Source of the DNA: an uncultured Muribaculaceae bacterium
GTDB lineage: Bacteria; Bacillota_I; Bacilli_A; RF39; UBA660
Assembly (NCBI GenBank): GCA_964513345.1
Contig: CAZELY010000001.1
Coordinates: 73,980 to 137,979 of the forward strand
Direction: 5' to 3'
DNA: 64,000 nt
The notes below the pieces were generated by a model, which worked only from the letters and a program-made list of their open reading frames with translations, did no database searches and had not been told where the DNA came from. Below are positions 28,992-38,226 of the stretch, one piece after another. Numbering within the stretch: position 1 is the stretch's first letter; every line of letters starts with the position of its first letter. The position numbers were made by a program, and so were the translations under genes.

Positions 28992-31052
28992 TTATGGCGT
29001 GTATTTTTCTACTTTCATTTTACCATTTTTGATATTAAACACAATACTTCCCTCTTCATCTGTTCTAAATATTTTTGAATTTCTTAAATTATTTAATACT
29101 TCTTTGTTTGGATGACCATAACGATTTTTCTTTCCAACACTAATTATTGAATATTTCGGATTAATCTCATCTATAAACTCTTTACTGCTACTTGTCTTTG
29201 AACCATGATGCCCCACTTTTAACACATCTATATCAGGTAAATTATATTTCTCTAATATTTCTTTTTCGGTAGTAACAGATGCATCTCCCATAAATAGAAA
29301 TTTATAACTATTTATGTCTGTATAAATAACGTTACTATTATCATTTTCATTATCGTATTCTTTTGTTTGTAAAAAATGTAATTTGTTGTTATCAACTTTT
29401 AATTCTTTGATACATGAAGAATGTTTAATTTTCTCTTTGTCTAATACCTTAATTAATTCTTTTTCTAACGTATTATATGGTCCACAATTAAATATTACTT
29501 TTTCTACTTTAAAATTATTAACTAAATTAATAGCTTCTCCCATATGATCAAAGTCGCCATGGGTCAAAATTAGTTCGGTAATTTTGTTAATGCCAATTGA
29601 TTTTAAATATGGAATAGTTTTGTTTTCAACTATTTTTGCTCCCATCATCTTACCACCAGTATCAATTAATATATTGTGTTTTGAGTTTGATAGTAATGTA
29701 CTATCACCTTGTGAGACATCTAAAAAACTAATCATTGTATTTTGACTAATAAAATTTATATTATGATGTATTATTAAACACATTAGTAGTAATATGAATC
29801 GTGAATATTTATGTTTAAAAATACCATTTATCGTTAAAATAATTACTAAATAATATAAAATTATCACGAAAAAACTAACATGTTTCAATTGAATTGTAAA
29901 TATCTTTATGTGACTTATTACTAACGAAAGGTTTTCTAAAATATTAATTAAAATACATAAAATATTATCTAGGGGTTTAATGAAAACTGTTATTAATGAA
30001 AGTGGAAACACTATAATAGATACAAACGGTACAAAAATAATATTAATAAGTGGACTTAAAAGGTTAATTTCAAAGTAGCTATTTGTTAAAACTGGAATGC
30101 TTACTAGAAACGCTATTAGTGATACTAGAAAAACGCTTTTAAAATACCCTTTTATTTTTTTCAAATGATCACTATACATCATCAAGAAAAACGTTATAAC
30201 AAATGAAAAAACAAAACCATTATTAAAAATTATAAAAGGGTTTAATAATAAATAAATACTAAAAATTAATATCAGAAAATAAATGCTTTCTACTTTTAAA
30301 TTTATAATTTTTTTGATCGTAAGGCATGTAAAAAGTAATACAGCCCTATTAACGGAAGGAGTAAAATTAACTAAAAACATATATATAAATAAAATAAGAA
30401 TTGTTATTAAATAGTTAAGTTTTTTCCGTTTTGAAATAATATTTAATGTATATAGTAATAGACCAGAAATCAGAGTAATATGCATACCTGAGATAGCTAA
30501 CAGATGACTGACACCATTTAACCGATAACTCTTTAAAATATTTTCATCTAATTCTTTTGAATTACCTAATATAAAAGTCATTAAATACTCTTTCGTTTTA
30601 TATTTTTTTATGCGCTCAAGAAGCCTATTTTTAAATTTGTAAAATGGACTAATCTTAGCATTTTGAATGGTAATAGTATTGGCATTCATTACGTGATAAA
30701 TATTTTGACTATATAAAAATTTTCGGTAATTAAATAAATTTGGTATCGTTGAATTACTTGCCTTTTCTATTTCACCAGCTACTTTTATTTTTTGCCCAAG
30801 TAAGCATTTAAAATCTTTATTGTAAGAAATTAATATTTTTTCTTTTCCTCGCATCGTAATTTTAGTGTTGTAATCGGTTTGCTGGCAATTTTCGATTATA
30901 CCAGTGATTGTTGCATTTCCTTCGTGAAATATGCTTTTAGGCACCGTTTTAACCATGAAAAAAGTGTATATAACACTTATTATTAATAAAATTACTATTG
31001 ATACATTAAACGCTGATGTAATCTTTAATTTTTTCAAATAATTGATCTCCAA
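28992..31052 (-). CDS. comEC: DNA internalization competence protein ComEC/Rec2 with a C-terminal metallo-beta-lactamase domain
   Basis: Competence domain GVSHLLAISGMHITLISGLL, a polytopic membrane region, and C-terminal LILTHGDFDHMG. Confidence 0.85.
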   Translation of the reverse strand: MEINYLKKLKITSAFNVSIVILLIISVIYTFFMVKTVPKSIFHEGNATITGIIENCQQTDYNTKITMRGKEKILISYNKDFKCLLGQKIKVAGEIEKASNSTIPNLFNYRKFLYSQNIYHVMNANTITIQNAKISPFYKFKNRLLERIKKYKTKEYLMTFILGNSKELDENILKSYRLNGVSHLLAISGMHITLISGLLLYTLNIISKRKKLNYLITILILFIYMFLVNFTPSVNRAVLLFTCLTIKKIINLKVESIYFLILIFSIYLLLNPFIIFNNGFVFSFVITFFLMMYSDHLKKIKGYFKSVFLVSLIAFLVSIPVLTNSYFEINLLSPLINIIFVPFVSIIVFPLSLITVFIKPLDNILCILINILENLSLVISHIKIFTIQLKHVSFFVIILYYLVIILTINGIFKHKYSRFILLLMCLIIHHNINFISQNTMISFLDVSQGDSTLLSNSKHNILIDTGGKMMGAKIVENKTIPYLKSIGINKITELILTHGDFDHMGEAINLVNNFKVEKVIFNCGPYNTLEKELIKVLDKEKIKHSSCIKELKVDNNKLHFLQTKEYDNENDNSNVIYTDINSYKFLFMGDASVTTEKEILEKYNLPDIDVLKVGHHGSKTSSSKEFIDEINPKYSIISVGKKNRYGHPNKEVLNNLRNSKIFRTDEEGSIVFNIKNGKMKVEKYTP

Positions 31053-31671
31053 TTCCTGTTACGTTCTTTATATCTTCGATTGTTTTAAATTCACCATTCT
31101 CTTCACGATATTTAACGATTTGCTTAGCTTTAGATTCACCAATGCTAGGAAGGCTAGTCAAATCAGCAACGGATGCCTTGTTAATCGATATTTTTCCATT
31201 TTCCGTCTGATTATTGTCATTATTATTTTCTAATATAATAGTATCGTCTTTTTCAGGACAAGCGATATTTTCTTTTGGGCAAACAATTTCCTCATTTTTG
31301 TTTTCTTTTAGTTTTTTGACCTCGTTTTTTGAATATATTATAACAACCATTTCATCTTGTAATAACTTACTCAAATTTGTTATTGAAGTATCAGCATTTT
31401 TAGTAACTCCGCCCGCCTGTTTTATTAAATCTGCAACCCGACTCCCCTCATTTAACTCGTAAACGCCGGCAGCATTAATTTCCCCTTTAATATCTACTTT
31501 TATTTTTTTTATTTCCTGTTCCTTGCTATCAACTACGGCAACTTCTTCTGTGTCACTTTCATCATATTGAATTAAAGTTAAAGTATAAATGTTAAAAGAT
31601 AGTAATGCCAAAATAATTACAATGACAATAATATAATTTTTATATTCCAATAATTTTTCTTTGATTCGCAT
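31006..31671 (-). CDS. comEA: Competence protein ComEA (helix-hairpin-helix DNA receptor)
   Basis: N-terminal TM and C-terminal tandem HhH INKASVADLTSLPSIGESKAKQIV...GIGDQLFEKI. Overlaps comEC by 47 nt. Confidence 0.85.
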   Translation of the reverse strand: MRIKEKLLEYKNYIIVIVIILALLSFNIYTLTLIQYDESDTEEVAVVDSKEQEIKKIKVDIKGEINAAGVYELNEGSRVADLIKQAGGVTKNADTSITNLSKLLQDEMVVIIYSKNEVKKLKENKNEEIVCPKENIACPEKDDTIILENNNDNNQTENGKISINKASVADLTSLPSIGESKAKQIVKYREENGEFKTIEDIKNVTGIGDQLFEKIKDYISV

Positions 31672-31715
31672 ATATTCCCCCTAATTATAAGTACGATGTT
31701 TTTAATAATAATCCT

Positions 31716-31745
31716 TTTTAAAAATAAAAAAACAGCTAAAAGCTG
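31716..31745. terminator. Terminator hairpin
   Basis: AACAGCT aaa AGCTGTT with flanking A and T runs, just 3' of the rodA/ftsW-like gene. Confidence 0.55.
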
Positions 31746-32915
31746 TTATATTTTTTCGATTTTAATTTTCGTATTTTTAGTTTCAATATGTACCCTTTGA
31801 ACAATCGCTAAAGCAGCAATAAGTGAAATTGCAAAACTTCCACCATAACTGAAGAATGGAAGCGGCACACCGGTTAATGGGATAACTCCGAATAACCCAC
31901 CCATATTTATAAAAATATGAGCAAAAAAGTAAGCAGCGATACCTAAACACATGTATCTTCCGCGTTTTGTCGTAGCTTTCGATGAAACATCAATAATTCG
32001 CCATAATATTAAAATATAGCCTAAAAATATTAATGTACAACCAATTACTCCATATTCTTCAGCGATAATAGCAAAAGCTGAATCTGTATGTGGTTCTGGA
32101 ATATATGAATATTTTTGTTTACTTTTTCCAATACCAAGACCAGTTAACCCACCATCGTTAATAGCGATATAGCTGTTGCAAACTTGATATCCCCCAGTTT
32201 CGTATTGGCCGCATGGATCGAGCCACGAAGTAAATCTAGATTTTCTAGCGTCATTTAATAGTTCTCCATTAGCGATCGTGTAAACACCTGCAGCCGCAAT
32301 CAGTAGTAAAATCATGAGTCCCCCAAATTTGAGCTTTTCAATTTTTAAAATTGGGCTTGCTAGAAACATAACAAATATTATTGTAAACATTATTAATAGC
32401 GTTCCTAAATCCCTTTGTAAAAAGACGATGGCTGGTATTACCATGGCAACTAATAATAATTTACCGATCATCTCATAATGCGGTATGCCTTTTGTTCTTA
32501 ATTTGCGATAATATTTTTCAAACAATAATGCCAAACAAGCAATTATAACAGGTTTTGATAGTTCACTTGGTTGAATTTTTGTAAATTTTAAATCGACCCA
32601 GTTATTAGATCCTTTAACAACATCAGATTGCCAAGCCATTATATTAAGAATAATTAGCGCAATGAAAAGTAAAGGAACTAATTTACCATAACTTTTAGTG
32701 TCAGTTTTTAAAATAATTAATGCAATTATAGATCCTAGTAATATGAAAGTAAGCTGCTTAAAAAAGTAATAGTATATGGATACATCATAATTAACAACTG
32801 CTGCCCTACTCGATGCAGTAACAATTGTTAAAAGGCCAAAAACAAACCCCGCTATCGTTACAATTAATAGCGGTTTATCGATATCTTTAAAGATTTTTTT
32901 TAACGAATAGTTCAT
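31746..32915 (-). CDS. SEDS-family peptidoglycan glycosyltransferase (FtsW/RodA/SpoVE)
   Basis: 10-TM protein with PEPHTDSAFAIIAEEYG and a C-terminal GGSF motif. Confidence 0.85.
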   Translation of the reverse strand: MNYSLKKIFKDIDKPLLIVTIAGFVFGLLTIVTASSRAAVVNYDVSIYYYFFKQLTFILLGSIIALIILKTDTKSYGKLVPLLFIALIILNIMAWQSDVVKGSNNWVDLKFTKIQPSELSKPVIIACLALLFEKYYRKLRTKGIPHYEMIGKLLLVAMVIPAIVFLQRDLGTLLIMFTIIFVMFLASPILKIEKLKFGGLMILLLIAAAGVYTIANGELLNDARKSRFTSWLDPCGQYETGGYQVCNSYIAINDGGLTGLGIGKSKQKYSYIPEPHTDSAFAIIAEEYGVIGCTLIFLGYILILWRIIDVSSKATTKRGRYMCLGIAAYFFAHIFINMGGLFGVIPLTGVPLPFFSYGGSFAISLIAALAIVQRVHIETKNTKIKIEKI

Positions 32916-33043
32916 TTTATTTCTCCTAATCTACATTAATAATATCATATAATTATAATTTTAAAAATTAAAATAGGTATTTTTTATAGTCAGTTAATGT
33001 CAAAAAACGTACACTATATTAGAATAGTAAAGGAGGTTTAAAA

Positions 33044-33202
33044 GTGTATTATTACGGAGGATATCAAGGATATGGAAACGCTTGTTGTAACCAAGGCGGA
33101 TATGGCGGAGGTTATGGCGTTGGCTATGGGGCAGCTATTATTTTAGTATTATTTATTTTACTGGTAATTATTATTGGAACAAGATCTTTCAACATTAATT
33201 AA
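33044..33202 (+). CDS. YjcZ-family small Tyr/Gly-rich membrane peptide
   Basis: GTG start after an AAAGGAGG RBS. The 52-aa product is [29 protein letters not shown] followed by a hydrophobic tail [16 protein letters not shown]. Confidence 0.6.
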   Translation: MYYYGGYQGYGNACCNQGGYGGGYGVGYGAAIILVLFILLVIIIGTRSFNIN

Positions 33203-33210
33203 ATATAATT

Positions 33211-33242
33211 AAAAAGGATTGAAATAACTCAATCCTTTTTAT
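33211..33242. terminator. Bidirectional terminator
   Basis: AAGGATTGA aataac TCAATCCTT TTTT. Confidence 0.6.
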
Positions 33243-33265
33243 AATGTTATTTAATTATATTTTCA

Positions 33266-34018
33266 TTATCGAAAATGCATTTGTGAGACCTCTTCTTGCT
33301 TTTGTTTTTCTAAATCAGTTATTTCTACAAATTCCTGTATCTCATTTTCGTTGTTTTTATCTACTTCTACATACTCATCAATTTGAACTTCTTCATCACC
33401 AAAGAACGGAGTCTTATCAGAATCATCATCAGGCATAGACCAGGCATCTTCTTTCTTTGACTCTGCCTCGTCAAATAATTCCTTTGGTAATTCTTCAGTC
33501 AATGGGATGCCAACTATTACTTCATCTAAATCATAAGGTTGCATAGTTGAAAGTCTTGCTTTAGCATCTTTTAAATAATATTCAGCATCAAAATTATAAA
33601 GAGACGTGTCAAAGTCTTTTTCAAACTGATGCACCTGATCTATAATTTTCAAAAGACTTTCATATTGTATTTGTGTAACATGTTCTGGTAGCTGTACTGC
33701 AAGATCATCGCCGACTGAGAATACAGCAATTCCATCCTCATAATAATTGCCCCAATCATATTCTCGTTGCGGGAAAACCTTTGCAAAAATTTCTTCTTCC
33801 AATGACCAGTGGTCACCACTTTTTGCTATATTAAATATTCTTTGTTTATTGGTAATAATGCCTGCTAGTTTATGATAGCCATTTTCATGGCAAAATTTTA
33901 GATAATCATAAAAAGTTTCGGTAGTGAAATGTGATTCGCCATAATCCTCGTCAACATATTCCAAAGTGTCTTGCGGAAAGCTTTCAAAAGGCATATCCGG
34001 CCATTCAAAATCATCCAT
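33266..34018 (-). CDS. Hypothetical acidic protein
   Basis: The ATG at 34018 is preceded by a GGTGAGGTG RBS. About 250 aa, highly acidic (D/E-rich), no motif recognised. Confidence 0.45.
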   Translation of the reverse strand: MDDFEWPDMPFESFPQDTLEYVDEDYGESHFTTETFYDYLKFCHENGYHKLAGIITNKQRIFNIAKSGDHWSLEEEIFAKVFPQREYDWGNYYEDGIAVFSVGDDLAVQLPEHVTQIQYESLLKIIDQVHQFEKDFDTSLYNFDAEYYLKDAKARLSTMQPYDLDEVIVGIPLTEELPKELFDEAESKKEDAWSMPDDDSDKTPFFGDEEVQIDEYVEVDKNNENEIQEFVEITDLEKQKQEEVSQMHFR

Positions 34019-34237
34019 TTTGCACCTCACCTTCTTAAAATATTACTTCATCATACTTGGTATTTAAGAATTTGTGTCCGTATTTATATCTAATATACAT
34101 TATACTTTATTTTTATATCAAAAATCAATAAAAAAAATTGAAGTGATTATAATTTCACCATTAGTTTCTATATGTTATTATTTCTTTTAAAATTTGTTGT
34201 TTTAATGTATTTCTGATATAATTTTCTTGGTGGTAGT

Positions 34238-35362
34238 ATGAAAAATAAAAAAATTATACTTATTGTCGTGGCAATAATATTAATTCTAGGGGTTTCAGTA
34301 TTTTTCTTCATTAAATCTAAAGAAGTTAAAATCACCTTTAAAAAAGCCAACAATATTGAAATCAATTCAAAAATTTATAATACCGATCTGATAAAAAGTA
34401 TAAAAAATGGCAAATTGCAAACAAAAAAAGAAATAGTAAACACCTCTAAACTTGGTAGTCACAAAATAAAATATATAATTAAAAACTACTTTAAGAAAAA
34501 TAAAGAATATTTTTACACCATAACTGTTGTTGATACTGAAAAGCCAACAATCAAATTTGATAAACAAATAGAAACTACTATAGGTGTTGAAGCGGATTTG
34601 CTCAAAAACGTGAAAGCCGAAGATAATTCCAAGGAAGAAATTAAGGTTACTGTTGATGGTGAATATGATTTTAAAAAGACAGGGACCTATAAATTATATT
34701 ATATAGCAAAAGATTCCTCTAAAAACGAGGCTAAAGAAGAATTTACACTAGTTGTTAAAGAAAAACCTAAAGACACGACAATTATCACAAATCCCGACAA
34801 AACTTTTACGACGACCAAAGGGTTCAAGGGTTATACTAAAAATGGACTTACTTATATCGCTGGATATTTAGTCGCCAATAAAACATATTCCCTACCCTCA
34901 ACATATAACCCAGGATTAAATAGTGAAGTTCAAAGCAAAGCTAATGTAATGTTTAATGATGCAAAAAAAGAAGGCCTAAATATTTACATTTCAAGTGGTT
35001 TCAGGTCTTATAATACACAAAAAAATCTTTATAACAACTATGTGGCTAGGGATGGTCAAAATGCCGCTGATACGTATTCAGCAAGGCCTGGACATTCTGA
35101 ACACCAAACGGGTCTGGCATTTGACGTTAATCAGATAAATAGTTCTTTTGATAATACTGCTGAAGCTAAATGGCTCGCTAGTAACTGTTATAAATATGGT
35201 TTTATTCTAAGATATCCTAAGGGAAAAGAAAACGAAACTGGTTATATTTATGAGTCATGGCACTTTCGATATGTAGGAACTGATTTAGCAAATAAATTAT
35301 ATAATAATGGAAATTGGATAACAATGGAAACGTATTTTGGCATTACAAGTAAATATAATTAA
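34238..35362 (+). CDS. M15B D-alanyl-D-alanine carboxypeptidase (VanY-like) with an N-terminal TM and Ig-like/DUF5011-like domains
   Basis: SGFRSYNTQ ... SEHQTGLAFD ... YGFILRYPKGKENETGYIYESWHFRYVG. Confidence 0.8.
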   Translation: MKNKKIILIVVAIILILGVSVFFFIKSKEVKITFKKANNIEINSKIYNTDLIKSIKNGKLQTKKEIVNTSKLGSHKIKYIIKNYFKKNKEYFYTITVVDTEKPTIKFDKQIETTIGVEADLLKNVKAEDNSKEEIKVTVDGEYDFKKTGTYKLYYIAKDSSKNEAKEEFTLVVKEKPKDTTIITNPDKTFTTTKGFKGYTKNGLTYIAGYLVANKTYSLPSTYNPGLNSEVQSKANVMFNDAKKEGLNIYISSGFRSYNTQKNLYNNYVARDGQNAADTYSARPGHSEHQTGLAFDVNQINSSFDNTAEAKWLASNCYKYGFILRYPKGKENETGYIYESWHFRYVGTDLANKLYNNGNWITMETYFGITSKYN

Positions 35363-35395
35363 AAAGACTTACTTCGTGTAAGTCTTTTGTTTTCC
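35363..35395. terminator. Bidirectional terminator
   Basis: AAGACTTAC ttcgt GTAAGTCTT TTGTTTT. Confidence 0.6.
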
Positions 35396-35740
35396 CTTAA
35401 AAATATTTGTATCAAGTTTAACACCTTGGGTTTCAAAACCACGATATATGTGTTCTAATGACCCTGGATTCTTTTTCCATAAATATCCGTCATCAGTGCA
35501 TTCTAGTTCATAATAATATGGTTTAGTTTCATCAGCGTGAGCCACATAATGCGTTGTGTCTTTATCACATACAGTAACCCTAACTACATCGTGCATACGA
35601 CAAAATAGCCCCAAATATTCACATTTTACTAATTTATCAACTTCTATTTGGTTAGAGTATAAATAATCAACGTATTCTTTTGTTAATAAAGTTTTCTTTT
35701 CTCCGGCAAAATATATAGTTGTAAATTCCGTATTATCCAT
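35369..35740 (-). CDS. Hypothetical protein
   Basis: 123 aa. GGAGG RBS before the ATG at 35740. Confidence 0.4.
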   Translation of the reverse strand: MDNTEFTTIYFAGEKKTLLTKEYVDYLYSNQIEVDKLVKCEYLGLFCRMHDVVRVTVCDKDTTHYVAHADETKPYYYELECTDDGYLWKKNPGSLEHIYRGFETQGVKLDTNIFKGKQKTYTK

Positions 35741-35796
35741 TTGTTTTCCTCCCTTGCTTCTTTAATTTTACCAATTTATTATAATTTGTCAACAAT

Positions 35797-35825
35797 TTGA
35801 CTTTTATTGCCCCGTAATATATAAT
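35797..35825 (+). promoter_or_regulatory. Sigma-A promoter upstream of def, with an overlapping palindrome
   Basis: TTGACT, a 17-nt spacer, then TATAAT. The inverted repeat GTCAAcaatTTGAC overlaps the -35 element. Confidence 0.55.
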
Positions 35826-35920
35826 ACCGCGTGCATATGTTAATGTGTGTAAAGGAAAGAATTTTATATAAAATAAATACTTAAAAGTATGATAAAATAA
35901 TATTATGTGGAAGTGATAAA

Positions 35921-36469
35921 ATGTTTAAAGAATTAAAGATTTTAGATGAAAAAAACAAAACACTTCGTCAAATTTCCAAGGAAGTAGAACTTCCGTTATC
36001 AAAAGAAGACAAAGAAACAATTAAAGCAATAATTAAACATCTGACATATAGTCAAATTCCCGAAAAATCTGAAAAGTATAATTTACGTCCCGGAATGGGT
36101 TTAGCATTCCCACAACTCGGACAGCTTAAAAGAATAATTGTTATCGTCTTCGAATATGAAGAAGGCAAATTTGAAAATTATGTGTTTATAAATCCAAAAA
36201 TTGTTAGTCATTCAGAGGAAATGGTTGCATTAGATACTGGCGAAGGTTGCTTAAGTGTAAATCGCGAAGTTGAGGGACATGTTCCTAGATTTGCTAGAGT
36301 TACAATTAATGGTTATGATGAAGATGGCAATAAAATTTCCATTAGAGCGCGTGAAGAACTGGCGGTTGCCTTTCAACATGAAATCGATCATTTAAATGGA
36401 ATATTATTTTTCGATAAAATCAACAAAAACAAACCGTTTTTTTCAGAAAACGAGATTCGTTTAATTTAG
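35921..36469 (+). CDS. def: Peptide deformylase
   Basis: Motifs GMGLAFPQLG, EGCLSV and HEIDHLNG. Confidence 0.9.
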   Translation: MFKELKILDEKNKTLRQISKEVELPLSKEDKETIKAIIKHLTYSQIPEKSEKYNLRPGMGLAFPQLGQLKRIIVIVFEYEEGKFENYVFINPKIVSHSEEMVALDTGEGCLSVNREVEGHVPRFARVTINGYDEDGNKISIRAREELAVAFQHEIDHLNGILFFDKINKNKPFFSENEIRLI

Positions 36470-36478
36470 GAGGCTTAA

Positions 36479-38197
36479 ATGAAAACAAAATATAAATATT
36501 TTCTTTTAGTTATTATAACGATTGTGGCTTCAATTTTAATATATAACTTTATTGAGGAAAACACATCAGTAAAAACAAAAAAAGATGTTTTGATTTTGCA
36601 AAAGGAAATTGAGAAAACAATTACTGAAGATATGGATTATACAATCGATGATCCAAAAGTAATTTTAAATCCATACAAAGTCTCACCTTTAACTGCGTTA
36701 GTGGTTTTTAAAACAAATGATTTAGCTTCTGCGGTTGTTACTATTAAAGGAAAAGACAACGATGAAGATATTACAAATACTTTCATACCTAGTAAAGAAC
36801 ATTTAATTACTATTTACGGACTTTACCCTGACTATGAAAACACCGTAATTATAAATGTTTCTGGCGAAGAAAAGATACTTAAAATTCAAACCGATAAATT
36901 GCCTGAGAATATAAATGATGCGAAAGTAATCAATGAAGAAGAAGATTTTTACTTTACAACATCGATTAATGGATACCCGATTGCTTATGATAAAAATGGT
37001 AATGTTCGCTGGTATTTAACAAAAAAATATAGCTGGGATTTTACAAGATTAAGCAACGGTTACTTACTTTTAGGTAATTCCGATTTAATGAAAGAGCCTT
37101 ATTATTCATCTTCTCTCGTTGAAATGGATTTGCTTGGAAAAATCTATTATGAATATTATTTAGAAGGTGGATACCATCACGATGTTTATGAAAAAACTGA
37201 TGGTAACTTAATTGCTATTTCAAATGATTTTAATAGTTTAACGACTGAAGATTTAATTGTTGAACTTGATCGAAATACTGGAAATGTCATTAAAAAGTTT
37301 GATCTATCAAAACTATTTAAAAATAAAAAAGGAAATTGGATTTCACTAAACTCAATTGCTTATAATCAAGATACCAATTCAATTTTAGCCGTTGGGTCTA
37401 AAAAAGATATGATAGTAAATATTGATTACACAACTGGTGAGATTAACTGGTTAATCGCTGATAAAGATAATATTGATAAAAAATATCAAAAATATTTATT
37501 AAGTGGCGATGGTGAAATTGAATTTCCAATTAATCCAAATGCTTTAACATTAATAAGTGGTAATAAATTTGCTTATGTAAATAGTAAAGACAATGAAAAT
37601 CATTTAATTACTTATGATGTAAATACAACCGAAAGAACATTCATTGAAAAAGAAAACATTAATTTAGGCAAAAAAAGAAGCACTATTAACCTTGATTATA
37701 ATAATGGTGAATATATTGTAACTCAAGGAAATTTAATTAAAAAAGTACAAGATGATGAGGCCATAACAGTATTAGAGTTAAATAGTGATATATACAGCGC
37801 TAAAGCATCTAAAATATATGCCGGTGATATGTTGATACCTGGTCAAGGTCAAAGGCTTGGGACAACAGGTATTACCTCTACTGTTAAAGATAAAATGATT
37901 ATTTTTTATAAAAAAGATACTAAGATATTTAAAAAATATAATTTATCAATAACTTCCGACGCCACAAAATTAAAAATTAAGGGAACTTTTAACAAAAATG
38001 ACAAGGTTCAAATAGTTTTAGATAATGTTTTAAGTAAAAAAACATATGACGTTGATCTTAAAAACGGTGTTAAAGAAAATAATAAAGTAAAAACAGTAAC
38101 ATATATTAATAAACAAGGAATATATGGTAAATACTATATATTTATAAAAATTAATGGTAAAACTTATAAGTTATCGAAATACGCTATAATGAGTTAA
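36479..38197 (+). CDS. Arylsulfotransferase (ASST)-family beta-propeller protein, N-terminally anchored
   Basis: N-terminal TM, and GYHHDVYEKTDGNLIAIS resembling the ASST catalytic His region. Length 572 aa. Confidence 0.5.
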   Translation: MKTKYKYFLLVIITIVASILIYNFIEENTSVKTKKDVLILQKEIEKTITEDMDYTIDDPKVILNPYKVSPLTALVVFKTNDLASAVVTIKGKDNDEDITNTFIPSKEHLITIYGLYPDYENTVIINVSGEEKILKIQTDKLPENINDAKVINEEEDFYFTTSINGYPIAYDKNGNVRWYLTKKYSWDFTRLSNGYLLLGNSDLMKEPYYSSSLVEMDLLGKIYYEYYLEGGYHHDVYEKTDGNLIAISNDFNSLTTEDLIVELDRNTGNVIKKFDLSKLFKNKKGNWISLNSIAYNQDTNSILAVGSKKDMIVNIDYTTGEINWLIADKDNIDKKYQKYLLSGDGEIEFPINPNALTLISGNKFAYVNSKDNENHLITYDVNTTERTFIEKENINLGKKRSTINLDYNNGEYIVTQGNLIKKVQDDEAITVLELNSDIYSAKASKIYAGDMLIPGQGQRLGTTGITSTVKDKMIIFYKKDTKIFKKYNLSITSDATKLKIKGTFNKNDKVQIVLDNVLSKKTYDVDLKNGVKENNKVKTVTYINKQGIYGKYYIFIKINGKTYKLSKYAIMS

Positions 38198-38226
38198 AAA
38201 AGTCAAGAATTTCTTGACTTTTTTAT
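38198..38226. terminator. Bidirectional terminator between the ASST-like gene and smc
   Basis: AAGTCAAGAA tt TTCTTGACTT TTTT. Confidence 0.65.
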
